A stretch of 12,043 bases of DNA from Archangium sp. Lineage in GTDB: Bacteria; Myxococcota; Myxococcia; Myxococcales; Myxococcaceae. The position numbers were made by a program, and so were the translations under genes. Positions 7,015 to 12,043 of this stretch are shown here, piece by piece. Under the pieces are notes generated by a model that made no database searches, had not been told where the DNA came from, and saw only the letters and a list, made by a program, of their open reading frames with translations. Position 1 is the stretch's first letter. Every line of letters begins with the position of its first letter. Where the stretch lies: positions 1 to 12,043 of the forward strand of contig JANLPS010000524.1 in assembly GCA_031367385.1 (NCBI GenBank). Reading direction: 5' to 3'.

Positions 7015-8325
7015 GTGGCGTTGCTCGGCGGCGTGGGGTCTTATGTCGCGGTGCATACCCCGCTGGCCATTCAAGGTATTTTGGGGCGAACCCGGCGCCT
7101 GGCAGGGGTCTTTCGTGAGCTGAGTCAGGTGGTTGAGGTGCTCTCGGCGTTGCTGCCGCTCGACGCCGAAGCCCGGGCGCTCGAAGAGCAGATTGTTCTG
7201 TGCACCGCCGACTTCAACAGCCTGGCCGCCGAAGACCCGGCCTCGAATGAGTTCGACAAGAAGCTCAGTGCGCTCGATTCACAGGTCAGCCAGCTCGAGA
7301 GCGCGATTCTCGCACTCGATGCTCAAATACCGATGGACGTCTTTCGCGAGTTCCTGCGGGCAACCCCACCCACGAACGAAGCGCTCGCGAGCTATATCGT
7401 CGTGCTTGGCCGTCACCTCGGCGGTGGAGACGAGCTGCTCCGCCTCGACCGGTTGCAGCTGCTCTTGACGAGGGTCGTGAACTCGTTCGTGACTCCGGCT
7501 GAGCGAAAGCGCGGCACCCGGGTTCGCGACCTGATTGGCGAGGTGCTGCCTCCGCCTGCGGCCCCCGCGGCGAATCGTCAGTCGGTGATCGATTTCTTTC
7601 GAAATGCCACCGTTCAGGTGCTCGGGTTTCAAACGCTCGACTCGCTTTTGGCGTCGGGTTTTTTCGTCGATGTGCGCGGGTACAAGCTCTCGTTGCGCAC
7701 GGGCATTCTCGACCCCGAGGTGATGACGGCGATCATCGAGCTCAATGACGCCACCTCGTCGACGATTGGCCGGCTCGCCACGCTGGTCGAAGGAGATCGC
7801 CAGCGGCTCGACGAATACATGCAGACCGTCGACGAGCGCATTCGCGGCATCTTCAAGGGGCTGCGCGTCGACGACAGCGAGCTCAAGGCGAAGTTCATCC
7901 GCCGGCAGGCCGCAGCCGCCGCTTCTGGCGCGCGCGCTCCGATCGTGCTCACCGCGACGCCCGCCGCCGGGCCGACGAATCGGGGCCTGAGGGCGTTTCG
8001 CATCGTGATGGTCGTGCTGATCGTCTTCGCCGGTGGCGCGCTGCTCGTTCAACAGCAGGGCCAGTCATCGCCGAAAACGGTGAGCGCTGAGCAATTGAAG
8101 CGGCTCTCACCGCTGCTGCAAGACGCGGTCGTGGGCGTCGGTGGCAATCTGGTGGCTCAGGTCGACAAATCGAAGTGGGTGCTGATGAGCCGAGAGGAGC
8201 GGCTCGTCGAAGCGGCGAGCATCGGCAAGAAGCTCGCCGAGAACGGGTACCAGACCGTCACCGTGCTCCTCGAGAGCCGCGTGGTGATTCAAATCGACCA
8301 CGGTCAGCCGCTGATCGTTCAATGA
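7015..8325 (+). CDS. Uncharacterised single-pass membrane protein (large helical N-terminal domain, one TM, about 90-aa C-terminal domain)
   Basis: Long ORF with good codon bias. One TM (FRIVMVVLIVFAGGALLV, about 7996-8049) is preceded by basic residues. The stop overlaps the kinase ATG (ATGA 8322-8325). The start is uncertain (GTG 7015 or GTG 7051). Confidence 0.8.
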   Translation: MALLGGVGSYVAVHTPLAIQGILGRTRRLAGVFRELSQVVEVLSALLPLDAEARALEEQIVLCTADFNSLAAEDPASNEFDKKLSALDSQVSQLESAILALDAQIPMDVFREFLRATPPTNEALASYIVVLGRHLGGGDELLRLDRLQLLLTRVVNSFVTPAERKRGTRVRDLIGEVLPPPAAPAANRQSVIDFFRNATVQVLGFQTLDSLLASGFFVDVRGYKLSLRTGILDPEVMTAIIELNDATSSTIGRLATLVEGDRQRLDEYMQTVDERIRGIFKGLRVDDSELKAKFIRRQAAAAASGARAPIVLTATPAAGPTNRGLRAFRIVMVVLIVFAGGALLVQQQGQSSPKTVSAEQLKRLSPLLQDAVVGVGGNLVAQVDKSKWVLMSREERLVEAASIGKKLAENGYQTVTVLLESRVVIQIDHGQPLIVQ

Positions 8326-9533
8326 AGGCGACCCTTGGTGCGATCGGGGCTGCGGCGTGCCTGGGCCTGGCCTGGCTCGTGGTGTCGCAGTCGGTGGGCG
8401 AGCTTCGAGAAGCCCGCATCGAGCTCGTGGGCCAGCTCTCGCGCTCGACCGCGCAGCTGCGCACCTTCGATGGCGTGCTGATCGCGGCCCAGGCCGACCG
8501 TACAACCGGAGTGACCGCGGTCGACCGGCTCCTGGCGCAGTCGCTGAGCGCTCCAGAACGCGACATCCTCGCGCGGGTGCGGGCGTGCTTGGGCGATGCC
8601 ACCTGCACCACCCCGGCGGCCGACTTCTTCGAGCCGCTCAAGTCGGCCTCATCGGCGTCGGTGGCGGGCGCGTGGGCGCGGGTCGACCACACCGAGGCCG
8701 ACCTCTCGCTTCGTTTGGCAATCGCCCTTGGTCTGGGGCTCGGGGCATGCCTGTTGATCTGGGCCACGACGCGAGCGCGGCCCCTGGCGGTTGCACCCCC
8801 GCAGCCGCACGACGACCCGATGATGCAGCTGCTGCGCAATCGCATCGACGCCCTGTATGCAGCCCGCACCCAGCTGACCGCGGCTGAACGGTTCGCCTCG
8901 ATGGGCGTTTCAACCTCGGGGCTGATTCACTCCGTGAAGACGCCGCTGGCACGCATCGTCGCCGCCGCCCAGCTGGCGCAGCTTCGAGTTGGCGACCGCA
9001 CGCCAGAGCTCACCACCGCGCTCGACGAGGTCATTCGGCAGGCTCGAGAGCTGTCAGATCACGTGCAACAGGCGCTGGCTCCCAAGTCATCGTCGGGCCA
9101 GACCCCGCTCCTGGAGGTCTGCCGTGCGGCCCAAGCGGCACTGGCCCCATCGCTCGACGCCAAGCGCCTCACCCTCGAGGTCTCTGGTGAAGCGCTGCAA
9201 GCCCGAATTGACCCGGTCGACTTCATGATCGTGCTGCGCAACCTGGTCGAGAACGCCATCGACGCTTCACCCGAGGGGAGCCAGGTCATGCTTCGGGTGA
9301 GCGCTGAACCAGGTGGCGCAGACTGTGCGGTGCGGGTCGACGACGCCGGTGAAGGCCTCTCGGCCGCGACCCTGATGGGCAGGCTCGATGTGACGACCAA
9401 AGAGCACGGGAGCGGCGTTGGGCTGGCGATCGCTCGTTCGCTCGTGGAGCGCGCCGCCGGTCGCCTGGTGCTTGAAAACCGACCCCGGGGCGGAGCGACG
9501 GTCACTCTGATTCTGCCTCGGGTGACCCAATGA
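8322..9533 (+). CDS. Membrane-bound sensor histidine kinase (HisKA + HATPase_c), atypical H- and F-box
   Basis: The ATG at 8322 (ATGA overlap) gives 403 aa beginning with TM1; the track's extra 49 aa look non-coding. TM2 is LAIALGLGLGACLLIWA. H-box LIHSVKTPL, N-box LRNLVENAIDA, G1 VDDAGEGL, G2 TTKEHGSGVGLAI, and GGATVTLILP. Confidence 0.92.
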   Translation: MKATLGAIGAAACLGLAWLVVSQSVGELREARIELVGQLSRSTAQLRTFDGVLIAAQADRTTGVTAVDRLLAQSLSAPERDILARVRACLGDATCTTPAADFFEPLKSASSASVAGAWARVDHTEADLSLRLAIALGLGLGACLLIWATTRARPLAVAPPQPHDDPMMQLLRNRIDALYAARTQLTAAERFASMGVSTSGLIHSVKTPLARIVAAAQLAQLRVGDRTPELTTALDEVIRQARELSDHVQQALAPKSSSGQTPLLEVCRAAQAALAPSLDAKRLTLEVSGEALQARIDPVDFMIVLRNLVENAIDASPEGSQVMLRVSAEPGGADCAVRVDDAGEGLSAATLMGRLDVTTKEHGSGVGLAIARSLVERAAGRLVLENRPRGGATVTLILPRVTQ

Positions 9534-10897
9534 TTTTTCTGGTCGAAGATGATCACTCGCTGCGCGGGTTGCTGCTCGAATACCTCAGAGCCAGCGGTTT
9601 GGCTGTCGAGGCCTTCGAGCGCGGTGAAGAGGCGCTCGCCGCAGCCGCGCAGACCACCCCTGATGTCGTCTTGACTGACGTGAACCTGCCGGGCCTCTCT
9701 GGCCTGACGCTGGTCTCTGAGCTTGGCAAGCTCGACCCCAGCATCGTCAGGGTGGTGATGACCGCGCATGGCAGCATTCAGACCGCGGTCACCGCCGTGC
9801 GTGCAGGGGCCCGAGAGTTCGTCGAGAAGCCAGTCGACCTGCCGTACCTGGCCGAGCTGCTCAAGCGGGTCGAGCGCGAGCGGAGAACCCAGCGCGAGCT
9901 GACCTGGGTACGCGCAGAGGGCTCGAACGCGATCTGGGGTGAGAGCCCGGCGATGCTGCGACTCAAGGCGCTGATTCAAACCATGGCGCAGATCGGCGCC
10001 GAGTCTCCGCCGGTCTTGATTCTGGGCGAAACCGGGGTCGGCAAAGGGCTGGCAGCCAGAGCCCTGCATGACGCCCGCTTCAGCAACACCACCCCGTGGA
10101 TCGACGTGAACTGCGCGGCGCTGCCTCTCTCGCTGGTCGAGGCCGAGCTCTTTGGGTACGAGCGCAGTGCCTTCACCGACGCGAAGCAGGCCAAGCCCGG
10201 CTTGTTCGAGGCCGCCTCGGGTGGCTCGCTGTTTCTCGACGAGGTGGGCGAGCTGCCCCTCGAGGTGCAGGCCAAGCTGCTCACGGTGTTGGAATCGAGC
10301 TCGATTCGGCGCCTCGGGGCCGTTCGGGCGCGCCCGATCTCAACCGCGATCATCGCCGCCTCGAACGTTGATCTCGAGCGCGCGAGCATCGAGGGCACCT
10401 TTCGAGCCGATCTCTTTCATCGCTTGGCGGCCCTGACCATTCGCGTGCCACCGCTGCGTGAGCGCGGCGACGATGTGATTCTTCTGGCTCGTGCGTTCTT
10501 GGAGCGCGCCGCGCGCAAGTATCACAAAGACGCACGCGCGTTCTCAGCTGCCGCCGAGCGCGCGATGCGAGCGGCAAGCTGGCCTGGCAACGTGCGGGAG
10601 CTTCGGTTCTCGGTCGAGCGGGCGGTGTTGCTCGCACCGGCCGCCGAGACCACCATCGACTCGCTCGAAATCGCCGCGGGTACCCCGAGGCCGGTCTCTG
10701 TGGGTGGCGCGACGGTCGATGGGGTGACGGTGACGCTGCCCGTACAAGGTGTGCCTTTCGACGACATCGAGCGCGCGGTGCTGGTCGAGGCGCTCAAGCT
10801 CTGCGGGGGCAACGTGTCGGCGGTCGCAAAAATGCTGGCGCTGAGCCGAGATACCGTTCGCTACCGGTTCAAGAAGTATGGGCTTGAGGGTGGGTGA
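9530..10897 (+). CDS. Sigma54-dependent NtrC-family response regulator (REC, AAA+, Fis-type HTH)
   Basis: REC (LVEDD, LTDVNLPG, MTAHGS, FVEKP), Walker A GETGVGK, VNCAAL...EAELFG, L1 loop SAFTDA, Walker B LFLDEVGE, FRADLFHRL, WPGNVREL and HTH GNVSAVAKMLALSRDTVRYR. ATGA overlap with the kinase. Confidence 0.96.
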   Translation: MIFLVEDDHSLRGLLLEYLRASGLAVEAFERGEEALAAAAQTTPDVVLTDVNLPGLSGLTLVSELGKLDPSIVRVVMTAHGSIQTAVTAVRAGAREFVEKPVDLPYLAELLKRVERERRTQRELTWVRAEGSNAIWGESPAMLRLKALIQTMAQIGAESPPVLILGETGVGKGLAARALHDARFSNTTPWIDVNCAALPLSLVEAELFGYERSAFTDAKQAKPGLFEAASGGSLFLDEVGELPLEVQAKLLTVLESSSIRRLGAVRARPISTAIIAASNVDLERASIEGTFRADLFHRLAALTIRVPPLRERGDDVILLARAFLERAARKYHKDARAFSAAAERAMRAASWPGNVRELRFSVERAVLLAPAAETTIDSLEIAAGTPRPVSVGGATVDGVTVTLPVQGVPFDDIERAVLVEALKLCGGNVSAVAKMLALSRDTVRYRFKKYGLEGG

Positions 10898-10926
10898 CAG
10901 CACCCATTGGGTCGTAAGACCCACCC
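10888..10926. promoter_or_regulatory. Tandem palindromes, candidate enhancer (UAS) for the adjacent sigma54 activator
   Basis: TGGGTG-acag-CACCCA (10891-10906) and TGGGTC-gtaa-GACCCA (10908-10923), flanked by GGG/CCC, about 80-115 nt upstream of a predicted sigma54 start site. Confidence 0.65.
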
Positions 10927-10978
10927 ACTGGCGTGGCGCCAGTCGCTGAAAGCCTCAGAAACCCGCGCCAGGCACCAG

Positions 10979-10994
10979 CGGCCGAGATCGTGCA
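10979..10994 (+). promoter_or_regulatory. Sigma54-type -24/-12 promoter candidate for the pilin gene
   Basis: CGGCCGAGATCGTGCA has GG at 10980-10981, exactly 10 nt of spacer, and TGCA with GC at 10992-10993. It is a partial match to TGGCACG-N4-TTGCW; the context supports it. Confidence 0.55.
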
Positions 10995-11006
10995 ATGCAC
11001 CAGGGC

Positions 11007-11390
11007 ATGCGACGAACGAGAGGGTTCACCCTCATCGAAATCATGCTGGTCGTGAGCCTGGTCAGCATCTTGGCGGCGATCGCCGTCAACGAGTTCGCCA
11101 CGCAGATCAAGCGGGCGAAGCGGGTGGAGGCGGAAATCGGTCTGAACGCGCTCTGGGACGCCCAGGTCTTGTACATCGGCGAGCACCAGGTCTTCGCCTC
11201 GTCGTTCGCAGACCTGCCGACCTTTCAGGTGCAGGGCGGCCGCTTGGTCTCGGCGACCGAGTACCAAGGCCCCCGCTACAGCTACCAGCTCTCTCAGCCC
11301 TGGGGTGACACCTCGTTCTACGCCGTCGCGAGCGCCCAGCTCGATACCGACCCGTGGCCTGACATTCTCGAAGTGATTGAACGTCGATAA
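11007..11390 (+). CDS. Type IV pilin-like protein (prepilin N-terminal cleavage/methylation domain)
   Basis: Class III signal MRRTRG/FTLIEIMLVVSLVSILAAIAV with G-1, F1 and E5, followed by AKRVEAEIGLNALWDAQVLY; mature length 121 aa. ATG 11007 is preferred over 10995 because 10995 lies upstream of the predicted transcription start. Confidence 0.92.
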   Translation: MRRTRGFTLIEIMLVVSLVSILAAIAVNEFATQIKRAKRVEAEIGLNALWDAQVLYIGEHQVFASSFADLPTFQVQGGRLVSATEYQGPRYSYQLSQPWGDTSFYAVASAQLDTDPWPDILEVIERR

Positions 11391-11423
11391 ACGCAGTCTT
11401 TTTCACGCAGAATGGAGTCACCA

Positions 11424-11771
11424 ATGAAGCTTCTCAAGAGTGTCTGTTTCGTCGCCGTCTTGGTCTCGTCAGTGACCTTGGCCGATAAGCATCGAGTGCT
11501 CTACGACGACATCACCGATCAGTATCAACCCACCTCTTCGTCGAACGGTGCCGCCGCGAGCACCCCGGCCACCGGCGGCTCTGGCAGCAGCTCAGGCGCC
11601 GCTTCTGGTGGCTCGGGCGCAGCCGCTTCGGGCGGCTCGGCCGCGACCTCGGGGGGAGGCAACAACAACAACCGCTCGGGCTTGGGCGACGGCACGAACC
11701 CGGGTAACGGCTCGGCGAACAACGCTGGCAACAACCAGGGCACCTTGAACCCGGGCGGCCTGAAGAAATGA
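11424..11771 (+). CDS. Secreted Gly/Ser/Asn-rich low-complexity small protein
   Basis: GGAG at 11414-11417 before ATG 11424. Sec signal MKLLKSVCFVAVLVSSVTLA-D, AASGGS repeats and an Asn/Gly-rich tail; 115 aa. Confidence 0.8.
   Translation: MKLLKSVCFVAVLVSSVTLADKHRVLYDDITDQYQPTSSSNGAAASTPATGGSGSSSGAASGGSGAAASGGSAATSGGGNNNNRSGLGDGTNPGNGSANNAGNNQGTLNPGGLKK
11598..11672 (+). repeat. Coding low-complexity repeats (two 24-nt AASGGSxA units and an (AAC)4 run)
   Basis: gccgcttctggtggctcgggcgca (11598-11621) vs gccgcttcgggcggctcggccgcg (11622-11645); aacaacaacaac at 11661-11672. Confidence 0.8.
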
Positions 11772-11791
11772 CCTCGGTCGAGGAAGTCAGC

Positions 11792-12043
11792 TCAGGTCAC
11801 GTCGTGGCGCGCCTCGACGTCAGATCGCACGACTGCCTGTTCCTCGAAGAGGGCGAGCTGGGTGGCATTTTCGTGGCACATGCCGAGGGTCACCCGATCG
11901 GCAGCGAGGTCACGGTCGAGCTGTTGCTCTCGTGGGGCGAGAAGATTCTCGTCGAGGCCGTCATCGTCTGGCATCGACGGGTGCCACGGGTCTCGTTGCG
12001 GCACAAACCCGGTGCAGGTTTGCGCTTTCTCAACCTGCAACCC
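11792..12043 (-). CDS. C-terminal end of a gene entering from the right edge (hypothetical; contains QLALF)
   Basis: The frame is open to the window edge and stops at 11792, convergent with the previous gene across a 20-nt gap. Acidic, disordered-looking tail; no family recognised. Confidence 0.45.
   Translation of the reverse strand, partial: GLQVEKAQTCTGFVPQRDPWHPSMPDDDGLDENLLAPREQQLDRDLAADRVTLGMCHENATQLALFEEQAVVRSDVEARHDVT

Noticed and set aside
8175..8321. 49-aa N-terminal extension of the kinase in the ORF track
   Set aside because: It overlaps the upstream gene and is Arg-rich off-frame sequence; ATG 8322 gives an ATGA overlap and starts directly with TM1.
11383..11410. GTCGATAA sigma28-like box, T-run and ACGCAG direct repeat between pilin and secreted protein
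   Set aside because: No matching -35 element, no hairpin before the T-run, and the 6-nt repeat is within chance.
11769..11799. Weak inverted repeats (CCTCG-gt-CGAGG; TGACCT...AGGTCA) between convergent stops as a terminator
   Set aside because: Short stems, a 2-nt loop and no U-tract; not enough to call.

Overview
High-GC bacterial DNA. The gene content (sigma54 activator next to a type IV pilin, LysM low-complexity protein) suggests Myxococcota/deltaproteobacteria, which is an inference. Left half: a 5'-truncated TPR-like protein; a 1141-aa modular LysM protein with hydrophobic hairpins and a recent 426-nt C-terminal tandem duplication of SH3/KOW-like domains; a convergent VOC-family + DUF2238 (YjdF-like) pair; a small hypothetical gene followed by a cryptic in-frame coding tail; and proline iminopeptidase (pip). 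Right half: a translationally coupled operon of an uncharacterised single-pass membrane protein, an atypical sensor kinase and an NtrC-family sigma54 activator. It is followed by tandem TGGGT-N6-ACCCA palindromes (candidate enhancer), a GG-N10-GC sigma54-type promoter, an orphan type IV pilin and a secreted Gly/Ser/Asn-rich small protein. This looks like a self-contained three-component sigma54 circuit and is the best candidate for an undescribed system. A minus-strand gene end with a QLALF motif closes the window. No rRNA, tRNA, CRISPR array or mobile element was seen.
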